This document shows positions 47,930-59,636 of a stretch of DNA of 64,000 nt, piece after piece. How positions within the stretch are numbered: the first letter of the stretch is position 1; each line of letters opens with the position of its first letter. A model generated the notes under the pieces. It was given only the letters and a program-made list of their open reading frames with translations, did not search any database and was not told the DNA's origin. Position numbers and translations under genes: made by a program. The DNA comes from Trichodelitschia bisporula. Lineage: Eukaryota. The stretch is taken from assembly GCA_010356995.1 (NCBI GenBank), contig ML996694.1, positions 185,224 to 249,223 on the forward strand. Direction: 5' to 3'.

Positions 47930-49494
47930 ATGTCCCCCCGCCGTGCCTCCAGCACCCTCAAAACCGGCGCCAACAGTCCCCTCCACCCCCCACCCTCCCC
48001 CCGCACCTCCTCCCTCGCCTACTCCACCTCCCACCCCATGTCCCCAGGACCGCAGCACAATCGCCCGCTCATCGACTTCGTAACCAACGAGTGGCAATAC
48101 GCGCCCGACGAAGAGCTAGACGACAGCGACCGCGAATACTTCGAGGACAAGAAGGGCAAGGGCAAGCGCGCCGACGCTCCTCCGCTGCCGAAGTGGGTTG
48201 CCCAAGCTGCACGAGTGCAGATACCGCGGAGGGTCCAGCGCTGGGCGGCGGTGTATACGACGCTTGCGGTTGCGCTGTGGCTTGCGTATAGTAGTTTCTT
48301 GAAGCCGGCGTGGGAGGAGGAGAAGAGGCTGGATAGGGGCATGGCGCATGCTCTGCGCGAGGGCGTGCAATTCGGCGCCAATATACGCCCTACGTTTGCG
48401 GGTTTAACGCATCTGAAGAAGTTGGACGATGCGCTCGTCCCTGGTCGGCCTGGCTCGACGAAGCAGCGCCTCGTGTTCGTGGGCGACGTGCACGGGTGCA
48501 AAGATGAGCGTACGTCCCTTCCCTCACCCCTTAATCCAACAAAAAAAACCCATATAGCAGCTCTCACAAGAGCAACAGGCTACCAGAACAGACTTCAGAA
48601 GAACCTGCATAGCTAACCCGACCCCTAGTCCAAGCCCTCCTCGACAAAATCAACTTCAACTCGAATACCGACCACCTCATCCTAACCGGCGACCTCATCG
48701 CCAAAGGCCCCGACTCCACCGGCGCCGTCGACCTCGCGCGCCGCTTGCACGCCAGCTGCGTGCGCGGCAACCACGAAGACCGCGTGCTCCTCGCGCATGC
48801 CAGCTTGCACGCGTCGCTCCAACCCCTCCCCGGGCCGGCCGAAGACCCGAACACCGCCGAGGATGATCTGGATGAGGAGAGTTTCTCGCATGGGGACTAT
48901 AGAGACCGTGCAATCGCGAAGAAGCTCTCCCGCGACCAGGTGCAGTGGCTCACGGCGTGTCCGGTGGTATTGCAAGTAGGGTCCGTGGGAAAGTGGAATG
49001 GCGGCACCGAAGTGCTGGTCGTGCACGCAGGCCTCGTACCGGGCGTGGACGTCGAACGGCAAGACCCGTTCCTGGTCATGAACATGCGGAGCGTGGACCT
49101 GGACACACTTGTCCCGCGCGCAGACCGCAAAGGGGAGGAGTGGGAAAAGGTGCGTGTTACAGGATCATTTGGAGAACTGTTCAGGGCTTATGGGTGGGTG
49201 CAGTTGTGGAATCATCATGAGAAGCATACGCACCCTGCTAGCTCGCGGATTACGGTTGTGTATGGACATGATTCGAAGAGAGGACTGAATTTGAAGAAGT
49301 ATTCTAAGGGGCTGGATACGGGGTGTGTTAATGGGGAACGACTGACGGGGTTGGTGGTGCGCGCGAATGGACATGAGGAGGTTGTTAGTGTGCCGTGTGG
49401 GGATTGGCAGAGTCAGAAGGCGAAGAAGGAGAGGGAGGAGAAGGCGGTGAGGAAGGCGGAGAAGGAGAAGGTTGGTAAGAAGGATGGGGCTTGA
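47930..49494 (+). CDS. Membrane-anchored metallophosphoesterase (Ppn2/ApaH-like)
   Basis: TM helix then VGDVHG, GDLIAKGPDS, VRGNHE, VHAG, YGHD, GLDTGCV motifs; introns ~48510-48627 and ~49150-49203. Start codon could be upstream. Confidence 0.88.
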
Positions 49495-49802
49495 GGTGGG
49501 CTCATTGATGGCGTTTTGGGTGCTTGGGTGCTTTGATGTGAGCATTTTTTTCGGAAGGGGGAGACGTGACTGTAGATATCCGATGCGTCATGCGTAGGGG
49601 TAGTGTGTACTGGTAATGCAGCATGGTTTCGGCTATTCCAACTGTTACGCAGGCAAGCCAGGGATGGTATTCGAGAGCGACCCTTCCTCCTTATTCAAAC
49701 ATATCGCCTCGTTCTCCACCCAACAATGCATGTAAACAGGATACCAGCCCTTGGTACCATATCGTACACACCCATCTAGAACCCTATCACACCAGCAGGG
49801 CT

Positions 49803-50942
49803 CTACTCCCCCCCTTCCCCCGCCTTCTTCGCCTCCTCCGCCGCCCTTTTCCGCGCCAGATACCGTTCCCTCGCACTACCCACCTCTGCTTCCGTCTTCC
49901 GACTCTTAACCGCGCTCTCCAGTTTCTTCTTCTCCTCCGCCTCCGCCTCCACCGCACGCTTAGCCGCCTGCTCCAGTTGCGCCTCCATCATACGCGTCTG
50001 CCGCTCGCGTGCCGCGTTACGATTTGCCGCAGCATGCGCGGGGGCGGACGCAGCCGCCGTGGCCGTGCGCGGTGCGGGAGCCGCGGAGCCAGGCTTCTTG
50101 AGCACGTTCAGCCCTGCGGAGAGCAGTTGTCGCTTATCCACGATTTGGCCTTCGTCGTTCCGCGCAACGTCCTTGCCCTGCGCCGCGAGTTCGGCGGCCA
50201 GTCTCCGCTCAGTTGCTTCAGCGTCATCCATCTCCACGGCCGGCACCGCACCGGTAGCCACTGCCTCTTCGGCCGCTTTGACGGTATCTTGGTACGCGCG
50301 CTCACGGGCGTCCATCGTCATGCGGTAGAAGCCGCGCATGCCTTCTTCATCACGCTTCTTAGCCTCGCGCTCCGCTCGTAGCTTCTCTTCTTCTTCCGCT
50401 TGCCTCGCCTCCTCTTGCGCTTTCAAATACGCATCCGTAACAAACGCCTCCTTATCCGCAAACTCATCCCCCTCCGCCGCGCGCTCGCGCTGGATCAGTT
50501 TATCCTTCGCCCGCAGGAGGTCGCGTTTCCGGGTCTCGGCGGAGGTGATCAGGTTATCCATGTAGCGCGATCGACGCGCGGCGGCGTCGGCGGCTAAGGC
50601 GGCTTTTTTGGCGGTGGAGGCGGCGTGGAGCGCGTCGAAGGCGCGGTCGTAGTCGTAGATTGTGGGGTCGAGGGCGGTGGCTGCGGCGGCGTTTTTGGTA
50701 TAGACGGCGGTGGAGGAGAGGTCGCCGTACTGAGATATAGGATTGGAGGACTTAGGCGGGGCGGTGGGGGGGGCGGTTTTGCTGGAGGGTTTACTGGAGG
50801 GTTTACTGGAGGGTTTGGACGCGGCCTTGGAGGCGGGTGCGCTGGACTGGACTTCATCGTCGGAGTCGTCACCGAAGGCCGCTGGGCGTTTGGCGGGAAT
50901 GGATGGTTTTGCTTTCGTGTTTAGGCCGAATTTAAGGGCCAT
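49803..50942 (-). CDS. CCDC55/NSRP1 (DUF2040) nuclear speckle splicing regulator homolog
   Basis: MALKFGLN, DPTIYDYD, SRYMDNL, EGDEFADKEAFVTDAY, SARERYLARK. Confidence 0.88.
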   Translation of the reverse strand: MALKFGLNTKAKPSIPAKRPAAFGDDSDDEVQSSAPASKAASKPSSKPSSKPSSKTAPPTAPPKSSNPISQYGDLSSTAVYTKNAAAATALDPTIYDYDRAFDALHAASTAKKAALAADAAARRSRYMDNLITSAETRKRDLLRAKDKLIQRERAAEGDEFADKEAFVTDAYLKAQEEARQAEEEEKLRAEREAKKRDEEGMRGFYRMTMDARERAYQDTVKAAEEAVATGAVPAVEMDDAEATERRLAAELAAQGKDVARNDEGQIVDKRQLLSAGLNVLKKPGSAAPAPRTATAAASAPAHAAANRNAARERQTRMMEAQLEQAAKRAVEAEAEEKKKLESAVKSRKTEAEVGSARERYLARKRAAEEAKKAGEGGE

Positions 50943-51137
50943 GGTTGCCGTGCGGTGTGGTGGAAGTGTGGATGTGGTGATGTTGGGGAGAGGCGCGACG
51001 TCGAGGTGCGCGGTGCCAAGGATGGTTGATGATATCAGGCTTGGCGGGGTTGTGCTTGTGGTTGTGCGGCCGGAGCTCGTGTCACCGCACCTTCAACGTC
51101 AACAACATCTACTCCCACCCATCTCACTTCACACATC

Positions 51138-52118
51138 ATGGATGGCCCTCCACCCGAAGAGTCCTCGATGGGCAAGGACGAACACACCCACCGCCCTACC
51201 AAATTCCGCTTCAAATCGAAGAAGCGCCGCTCAGAGCACGACTCCGAACCTTCCTCCAAACGACGCCGCAGCCACCGCTCCCATTCCCACCGCTCCCACC
51301 GGCATCACTCCCCCAAAGAAGACAAAGCTGCGTGCGATTCTCACAATGAAGAAGGAGAAGAAGAAGAACAAATCTTCAACCCCCGCCTCCAAACCTACCA
51401 ATCCCCAACAACCCTCTTCCGCGCCTCCCTCCACGACGCCCTAGCCAACGACGAAGGCGCCCTCTTCTGGGAATCCGTCTACGGCCAACCAATCCACACC
51501 TATCCCAACACAAAACCCGGCCCCGACGGCGAGCTAGAACGCATGTCCGACGCCGAGTACGCAGAGTACGTGCGCACGGCCATGTGGGAGCGCAGTCACG
51601 AGCACATTGTCGAGGAGCGCGCGGCGCGGGAAAGGGATCGCGCGAAGCGGCGCGAGGCGGAGGTGGAGAAGGAGGCGAGGCGGAGGAGGGAGGCCGAGGA
51701 ATTTGCGCGCCGCGTTGAGGCCTCCCGGCTCCGCGCGGGCGAGCGCAGGGCTACGAAGAGGACTTGGGACGAGGCGTGGGATGCCTACGTCGCGGGGTGG
51801 GCGCGGCTGATGTCGCAAGTAAGCGCGGGCGGCGCACGCGGCGGCAAGGCCGCGCGGGGGATCATTCCCTGGCCCGTGGAGAGCGGACGATGGGCGGACG
51901 TGGACCGCGACCGCGTTGCGGCGTTCTTTGCGCATGCGCTGCCCGGGGGCGGGGATGGGGGGCTGGGCTTACTAAAGACGGAGCGCGTGCGCTGGCATCC
52001 GGATAAGATGCAGCAGCGCCTTGGGGTGGAGAGGATGGATGAGGATACGCTGGCGGCTGTGACGGCGGTTTTTCAGGTTGTGGATGAGATGTGGGGTGTG
52101 AGGAGGGGGGGTGATTGA
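51138..52118 (+). CDS. NFKBIL1-like protein
   Basis: FRASLHDALA.DEGA..WESVYGQPIH, MSDAEYAEYVR..MW, IPWP, ERVRWHPDKMQQR. Confidence 0.8.
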   Translation: MDGPPPEESSMGKDEHTHRPTKFRFKSKKRRSEHDSEPSSKRRRSHRSHSHRSHRHHSPKEDKAACDSHNEEGEEEEQIFNPRLQTYQSPTTLFRASLHDALANDEGALFWESVYGQPIHTYPNTKPGPDGELERMSDAEYAEYVRTAMWERSHEHIVEERAARERDRAKRREAEVEKEARRRREAEEFARRVEASRLRAGERRATKRTWDEAWDAYVAGWARLMSQVSAGGARGGKAARGIIPWPVESGRWADVDRDRVAAFFAHALPGGGDGGLGLLKTERVRWHPDKMQQRLGVERMDEDTLAAVTAVFQVVDEMWGVRRGGD

Positions 52119-53175
52119 TGTGTTTGAGTGTTTGATATTGCCGCTTTTGGATCTTGTTCCCTAGTGCGATATTCGCATGTGCGGCAGAGCTACGCCTACG
52201 ATATGCACCCCGCGCGAGACGTCTGCGCTTCCCCACACGAGCAACAGCACTAGTTCGCTAGTTCCCATCCATCGCCCGCGCACCTAGCGACCTGTCATCG
52301 CCTTTCCAGTAACCTGGATGGCTGCCCATACCCTCGGCTGAAGCGACATCCAAACAAGCACCTGCAGCACATCTAGGAAGCGTCGTGGTGGACATCTTCG
52401 TCGACACATGGCGCCTTGGGCGGTTAGCGCTGCCGCGGGCCGCTAGGCAAAGATCGGTAGCTCATCCCGTCGACACCCCGGTTTCTGGCAGACGACGCGC
52501 TAGGAGGAGGATTGGATTCCTGGACTTTGGGCACGGATTGCTGGGCCAGTTGTGCTGGACCTGTTGTGAGGATGGGGAGTCAGGTGTGCACGATCGGCGA
52601 ACGATGAGGATGGCGGATGGATGAGGGCGGGGAGATTGTGGGGGTGGACGGGCCATCTGAGGTTTGTGGTGTTGCAGTGCGGAGTACTGAGGTCGTTGAT
52701 GCTCGCCACAAGGCTTTGCTCCTCTCTCGGGTCTCCCTTCGGAACACTGCCATACCGGTACTTAACCACGTTGTCTTTACCAATATCAGCTCCTTCGCCT
52801 GCAATGCAGACTCCACAGCAATCCTTCATCACAACAACGCCATGCCCGCAATTGGGAGCATTTCCCTTCCCGCTACCCACAACGCCATGCGCCGCCACAA
52901 GTGCAGGAATCGGTCCTATTGGCTCCCCCGTCCATGGGCCTCGCATCAAGCCGTGCCGTGACAACCAACACCATCCTCTAGGCCTGCACTAGAACGGTGC
53001 AGTATCGCAACCGGGGACCGCGCAATGCGGGGGTGGCGCCGCGACGGCTGTCCAAACCTGGGGTCGGGTATCATGGCGCAAGGCTTTAAAAGCTCGCGAT
53101 ACCAGCGTCCTGGAGCGAGGCAGTGGAGTAAGAAGACTCACCTTTGTGCTCCTCCTCCCTTAATTTACCTCAATC

Positions 53176-55127
53176 ATGAATTCCGACATGAAGCCAACAA
53201 CCGAAGTCCTCGAGGGCGATGAGAAGAAGCAGTTCTCGGTTGAGGAGGTGTCCCGCCAGCCTACCTCCTCCATCGACGATGAGCGCGACGGCAAGATGAC
53301 GAAGGAGAAGTGGCTCGCGCTCATCTCGCTCGGCCTGGCGTACATGACGGCCTTCCAGCAGAGCGCGACGCTGGGTGGCATCCTGAAGAGCATCGACAAC
53401 GCGCTTGGTTAGCCCACCCCTCCCCACATATACCCAAACTAACCCCTCCCCCCAGGCCCAACAACCTACTACAACTGGATCCTCTCCGCGCTCACCATCT
53501 CCTCGGCGATCTCGCTCCCCCTCTCCGGCGGGTTGTCCGACATCTTCGGCCGACGCTACTTCATGATCGCCGGCGGGTTCATCAGCCTGGTCTCCGCGAT
53601 CATGGGTCTCGTGGCGAAGAACATCCCCACTATGATCGCCATGTCCGCCGTCGCTGGTCTCGGCTCGGGGAGCCAACAACTCGCTCTCGCCGCCGTCAGC
53701 GAAATCGTGCCGAACCGGTTGCGCGGTCGCGTGCAGGCGTGCATCGACCTCGTCGTCCTGCCCTGGACGGTTTTCGGCGCCATCACGGGCGGGGCGATGG
53801 TGACGCAGCATGGGAAATACGGGTTTAGGATCAACTTCATCGTCGGCTTGATTCTAAACGTGCTTAGCATTGTCACGGCCTACTTTTGGTACTTCCCGGT
53901 TCGTAGGACTGGGGTGTGGATGGGGAGACCGTGCTGACATGAAGTAGCCTTCGGCCGGCCTCCGTCTCGGCAACCAAACCCGGCGCGCCGCCTTCATCGG
54001 TCTCGACTGGATGGGCGTGTTCCTCCTCAACACGGCCGTGATCCTGCTCCTCGTCGGCATCGCCCTGGGGGGCGAAACCTACCCCTGGTCGCACGCCGGC
54101 GTGGTCGCACCTCTCGTCCTCTCTGCCGTTCTCCTCGTCGCGCTGTGGTTCTGGGAAGCCTACTACGCCAAAAACCCGTTCATGGCGCACGAGCTCTTCA
54201 TCGGCAAAACGCGCACCTTCACCATGTTCCTCGTGATTGACTTTGTCGCGGGCATGGGGCTGTACGCTGCACTGGCGTTTTGGGCCCTGCTTGTGCGTGG
54301 TATGTGGGAGGGCACGCCGATGAAGGTTGGCGTACTGGTTATCCCTGGTGGATTCGGCGCAGCGTGTATGTCTTCCCTTCCGCATTCCCTGCCCCCCTGC
54401 CCCTCCTCCCTTCCCGCTCATCCCTTCCCGAAGCTAACACCCCCTAGTTGGCGGCTTCACCGCAGGTATGCTCATCGGGCGCGGTCGCTTCTTCACCACG
54501 CCCCTCATGCTCTTCTACGGGACCTGCTTCAAGTGCATCGCCGACATGTGTACCACCCTCATAATGCCGCACGGTGCACACGCCATCCCCTTCGGTCTGG
54601 GCATCGGGTTCCTCTCTATGATCGGGACGGGGTGGCTCACCGTTACCCTGATCGTATGCGTGCAGCTCGCGTGCGAGGACCAGGATATCGGGCTCGCGAC
54701 GCTGCTCCTCGGCTCGGTCCGCGCAATCGGCGGATCCGTGGCGATAAATATCTACACCGCGCTGCTGAACAACGAAGTCAAGAAGCAGGCCGGCCCCATG
54801 ATGGCGCGTGCCGTCCTGAAACTCGGCGTCCCGGCCAGCACTTTGCCGAAACTCATCGGGCTGTTGATCGTGGAGAAGCACGAGGCGGCGGGGAAACTGC
54901 CGGGGATGACACCGCACAGCACCGAGGTGGCGCGGGAGACGATGAAGCTGATTTGGGCGAAGGGGTTTCATAAGGTGTATTTGTGTGCGGGCGCGTTTGC
55001 GGGCGCGGCGATTATTGCGGCGGTGCTTAGTAAGGATGTTAGTGGGAATATGACGGGGCATGTGGCGGCGCGGCTGGAGAATGAGAAGGAGAGGCCGAAG
55101 GAGGTTGAGGAGGGGAGGTCGTTGTAG
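53176..55127 (+). CDS. MFS transporter, Tri12/fungal trichothecene-efflux-like family
   Basis: LSDIFGRRYF motif A, AVSEIVPNRLRG, many TM helices, C-terminal MTGHVAARLENE; introns ~53408-53454, ~53899-53947, ~54366-54447. Confidence 0.92.
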
Positions 55128-55147
55128 GAGATTTTGCTGGTGTGGGT

Positions 55148-55359
55148 CAATGGAAGCAGGGCTTTAACATGTGCAGAGGCATCTGTGCAAAGTGAAGTTA
55201 TTGAGTTTGAGATTGAAGCTAAAGAGACTCTCGGGGCAAAATATGCAATGCCAAGTATCCTCCTTTGCTCCTTCCTCCTATTATGCGCACATTACATCAT
55301 GTCCCCTAGATAGGTATGCTCCTTGCTGACACAACAGTGCTCCTTCAATGTCTACATCG
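55148..55359 (-). mobile_element. Solo LTR family A, reverse-orientation copy
   Basis: Reverse complement aligns end to end with 32616-32841; flanks TGGGT/TGGGC (4/5 TSD). Confidence 0.82.
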
Positions 55360-56154
55360 TGGGCGAGGGCGGCGGGTGGGTTTCATTGGTGGGTCGGACT
55401 TTGGGTAAGTTATGGGATAATGGAATGGAAGAGCTGTACGGTATCTTTCCCTCTTACCGCAAGCGAGGATCCGTCAGACATCTCCGTCGTCTTCAAGTTG
55501 TCGCCAGAGAGGATTGCACGTGATGGATATTCACTACAGCATCATATGGAGCTGCAAGGCTGAATCGGAAGATCCTTGTTCCGTGCTGGGTTTGGACTTG
55601 GAACTTCACATGGCTTAATCTCGACCGCTGATGAATCATTGTCATGGTTGTCTTGCTTCACTTGAGCAATGGGCCCTCATGCTATGCTCGGGACGTATGG
55701 CTGAAGCCCGTATCTCAAGCCCAAATCCTCGGGCCCCAGAAGATGAAGACCGCGATGAGTATCGAGATGAGAAGCTGTTGAGCCGGAATGCTTACTCTTT
55801 TAGTATTATTGACGACGACCCGATCTGAGCCCATGGAGTAGGCACCGGTGAGCCGAACCCGCAGCGGGCGTTCTGGCTTGTTGATATCGGCGTCCGGAGG
55901 CCGCAAACTCCGTGTTCACTGAAATTCGTACCTTTTTCAACTGTAATCCGTACGGACCACGGGAACCAAAGAACTTGGCAAACGGGAAGTGTACTTCTTT
56001 TTTTCGGCAGACGCGGCATTGCGCCTGTGCCCAGAAATCTGGGGGTACTTAATACAGTAGAACTGGAAAGAGTTTTCTACTTCTCCCACCCCCCTTTCGA
56101 GACCTCTCCAACCCCCCACCCACCACATTTTGCACGTCGAACACCGCTGCTCAC

Positions 56155-57166
56155 AATGGTATACCTGTCCGGGTTTGACTGCGACGAGTCGTTTCAGTAC
56201 ACCCCGGAACATTTTCCCCGGGAGAGGAACGATATCCAAGATATCTTTAGCCATTCGTTGGACCCGGGGCGCCCTGATGGAAGGAAACCGATGCGTACAC
56301 CCGTAAGTGCGGCGCTGGGCCTCCTCCCAATCTGCCATAGGTTATGCCTGAGCTCTCTGTATGGTTCAGGCATGCCTGAAAGCAACATCCTGGACGAAAA
56401 GCGCGGGATTTGGTTCTTCGAAACAGTGTGGAACGAGCTCTTCAGTAATGCGCTTGACGAACCTGCCCCGGAAGACTTTAAGTTGGTGGTTACGATCATC
56501 CGTGCTCTGAAAGCGACTTGTGCAACTTGATTTTTCCGAACTACGACAGGTACGACGCGGTCTTCCGTGATCTCCCGTTGCTCCAGAACGTTATGGACAA
56601 GATGCGTAAACTCTTGACCTCAATGTCTTCAATGTCTTCATAATTACTTACTTGTCATCGCAGACTGTCGACTACATGAACTGGTCATAGACGATTGTGG
56701 AGACTACTTCTTCATCCGCAAGTGGAGAGAATGGTTGACCCTCCGATGCCATCTCGCCTCCGCCGGTTTCGACGATAACTTCGGCCCCGCCGCGCTCGAT
56801 TGCCTAGCATTCGCGCTTGAAAGCGATCATGACCAAGTGGTTAGGAACGGGAATGGAGAAGGGCGTACCCAAATACTCGTAACCTCTATCGGGATGGCGT
56901 CGTTCTTCCTTCATGGAGCCGATGTCACCTGTGGCTTGTGCAAGGATAACCGTGTGGTCCCAAAAGTGGAGAATTCAAAACCTGAAGGCTCGCTGTGGAC
57001 GCAGATTCGTGGTGGTCAGTCTCCGGGGGCTTTCACGCCTGACCGGTGGCAGTTCTGGAAGCAGCGGCTGAGCATGTTGTACGTCAGGAATGAGATGCAA
57101 GACGAGGATGCCATGGAGCATATCAATGATGCCATCAGCGCGTGGAAGAAAGGTGGAAGAAGTTGA
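56155..57166 (+). pseudogene. DUF3632-like gene with an apparent frameshift near 56520
   Basis: VFRDLPLL, AFALE and DRWQFWKQRL blocks typical of DUF3632; first ORF stops at 56530 while the next conserved block continues in another frame; intron ~56606-56662. Confidence 0.5.
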
Positions 57167-57379
57167 AGATGTACGGATCAAGGTGGAAAGGACATAGCGG
57201 AAGCTTGTTGCGATAGCCGACCTTGCATTTCCAGCACCTCAAGAGCACTGCGGTGCCGGATGTACAATGTAACTCACACTTTTTCTTCGAATAGAATTCA
57301 TCACACTCATTCATGAAATTTGGATTTCGTATATATATCGGGGTTGATAGTTGCAAGACTCGCCCAACCCAACTATATA

Positions 57380-57591
57380 TGATGTGGATAAGGCAGCAAC
57401 ATCGATATGGGAGGGAGGAGCATGCTGCTCTTGGGAAGGCACATGATGTAATGTGCTCATGTTGACGAGAAGGAGCATCGGGGGACCTCGTGTATATTCT
57501 TGAGCTCCTCTGTCCTCTCTTCTCTTCGTCTTTTATCAACTCTTCACTTTACACCGCAGCTGTTGCACACGTCAAGGTTATGCTTCCATTA
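57380..57591 (+). mobile_element. Solo LTR family A copy
   Basis: GAAGGCACATGATGTAATGTGCTCATG identical to the 32.6 kb copy; ends TGCTTCCATTA; AACTA near both flanks. Confidence 0.8.
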
Positions 57592-57999
57592 AACTAGCCC
57601 AGCACCTTCCATGAAGTTAACGGTGCTTCGAAACTGAAGTCAAAAGCTGGCGATAAAGCGAGGTTGATACCGAGCTTGGCGGTACGGACAAAGAGGGTGC
57701 ACAGCGCCAACCGTCGCCCACAGGGCTTGGCTGCGGGGAAGTCGCTTCGGCTTGTGACGCGGTCTTATTTCGGGCCGCCCAACGCCTATGGAACTTCAAA
57801 GTACCTCCGACAACCGGATACTGGTCGCCATCCAGCGCCAGCTCTCACGCTGCTAAGAGCCGAATCTCACCGATTGCTTTCTTGCTCTTCTCACTAGCAC
57901 TGCCGGCCTTTGCGACCGGGAAAGACCTAGAATAGGTGTGCGCAAGCTCTATTCCACATCTCCACTGGGTGACAGCTGCTAGACCGACACATCATCGCA

Positions 58000-59636
58000 A
58001 TGGCCTTCCTTGCACGCAGAATCCTCAATCAGGGCGCCTTTGTAGCTCGACCCCTTCGATATCACACCCGTCGTGACTTTGCACCAGGGCTCCGGCCTCA
58101 TGCGACCCCGCGCTGGAGTCAGTTCCTCAATACTCGACAGTACCACCGACCCAGTCACTACGGCTACACGCGCTTCTCGGGACCAGAACGTCCGGCGTCT
58201 CTCCTTCAACGCTGGGCAGCTCGTCCTTCATTCTACTACGAGGTCGGAGGAGCCGGGCTGCTGGTTGGAGTATTCTACATCTCGAACCTGGAACAGGTGC
58301 CCGTTTCAGGGCGGCGGCGGTTCAACATCGTGTCGTCAGAGACCGAGGCATCCTACTCGAAGGAACAATATCGAATAATCCTCCAGCAGCTTGGACCCCT
58401 GGTATTGCCACCGTCAGATCCCAGGAGTCGTCGTGTCAGAAGGGTCTTGGAGAGGTTGATACCCGCGAGTGGTTTGGATGCTGAGAACTGGGAGGTACAC
58501 GTGGTTGAGGGGCAGGAGCCAAATGCCTTTGTGATCCCTGGGTGAGTGAGTCCCTGCACAGATGCTTCCATGTCGCTTGGTGTTGTGGGTCTGGCCCTAG
58601 TCGTACAAGCATGCGCGTGGTATCGTCTCTCTGCACTCCTGCTATTAGAGGACCATTGATCCTTTGAGGACGGATTTACGCACCAAGCGGTCGCCGTGCA
58701 TATCAATAAGCTTCTGAAACGATCTACGGCGAAGGCGTTCATCAACCACGACCTCTGATCAAAGTTACAGCGCTATTGGTGTACTGGCATCTTCCAAAAA
58801 GGCGCAAATCCCACATGGGGCGACGTGCAGAGCTGACCGTTCCTTCGGCTTTTAGGGGCAAAGTGTTCGTGTTTTCGGGTATTCTTCCTATCTGCAAAGA
58901 CGACGACGGCCTAGCCGCGGTCCTGGGGCACGAGATTGCGCATAACGTGGCCCATCACGCCGCGGAGCGCATGAGTGCCGGCTTCGTGCTCTCTGGGCTG
59001 GTGCTAGTCCTCGGCTTCATGTTCGGAATCCCCGACTTTGGCAGCCGGATGATTCTTTCGCTCGCTTTCGATCGCCCGAACAGCCGGAAACAGGAGTCGG
59101 AAGCCGATTACATCGGATTGAGTAAGTGCTCAAAAGTTTCCTTCGCCGTTCCAACGATCGGCAAACTACGTAGTCGTGGCTAAATATTGCGTAGTGATGA
59201 TGGCGCAGAGCTGTTTCAACCCCGAAGGAGCGGTTGCCTTTTGGAGACGCATGGATCGGGCTGCGGAATTTGAGCCTCCTCAGATTCTGTCCACCCATCC
59301 TTCTTCACGTAGCCGATTCGAGCAGCTACAAGGATGGTAGGGCAAATTCCCGATCCTTGAACCGTTGCGCCCCTTGACCGTTAAAGCCGGCCGCCACCTG
59401 CATCACTCCATTGGACTATAGGTAGAGGATTCAGGGCTTACGATTGTGCTGGCAGGCTCCCAGAAGCGCAAGAGAAGCAGGCGCAGTCTGATTGTGGACG
59501 GGTGTTAGACTACGGTATGTTAGCGATGTCCCTTTCCTGCGCGCCAATTTATGACCTACGCGTCGGGTATTGAAGTGCTTACGGTTTCCCCACAGCGGAC
59601 GACTTTCGTCGAGCCTTTCCCCAATTGCGATGGTAG
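58000..59636 (+). CDS. OMA1: Mitochondrial metalloendopeptidase Oma1 (peptidase M48)
   Basis: Arg-rich presequence, VPVSGRRRF, PNAFVIPG|GKVFVFSG, GHEIAH (HExxH), QESEADYIGL, LSTHPS; four introns (58542-58855, ~59122-59194, ~59337-59455, ~59515-59595). Confidence 0.94.

Noticed and set aside
55148..57591. Composite transposon: inverted family-A repeats bracketing the DUF3632 gene (and direct copies around the F-box gene)
   Set aside because: Each repeat has its own TSD-like flanks, indicating independent solo-LTR insertions; there is no shared outer TSD.
58698..58711. GCATATCAATAAGC identical to the 5' region of LSU rRNA (ITS4 primer site) inside the OMA1 intron
   Set aside because: It is sense rather than antisense, and a 14-mer match to some part of rRNA is expected by chance in 64 kb; not treated as evidence of a guide or rRNA mimic.
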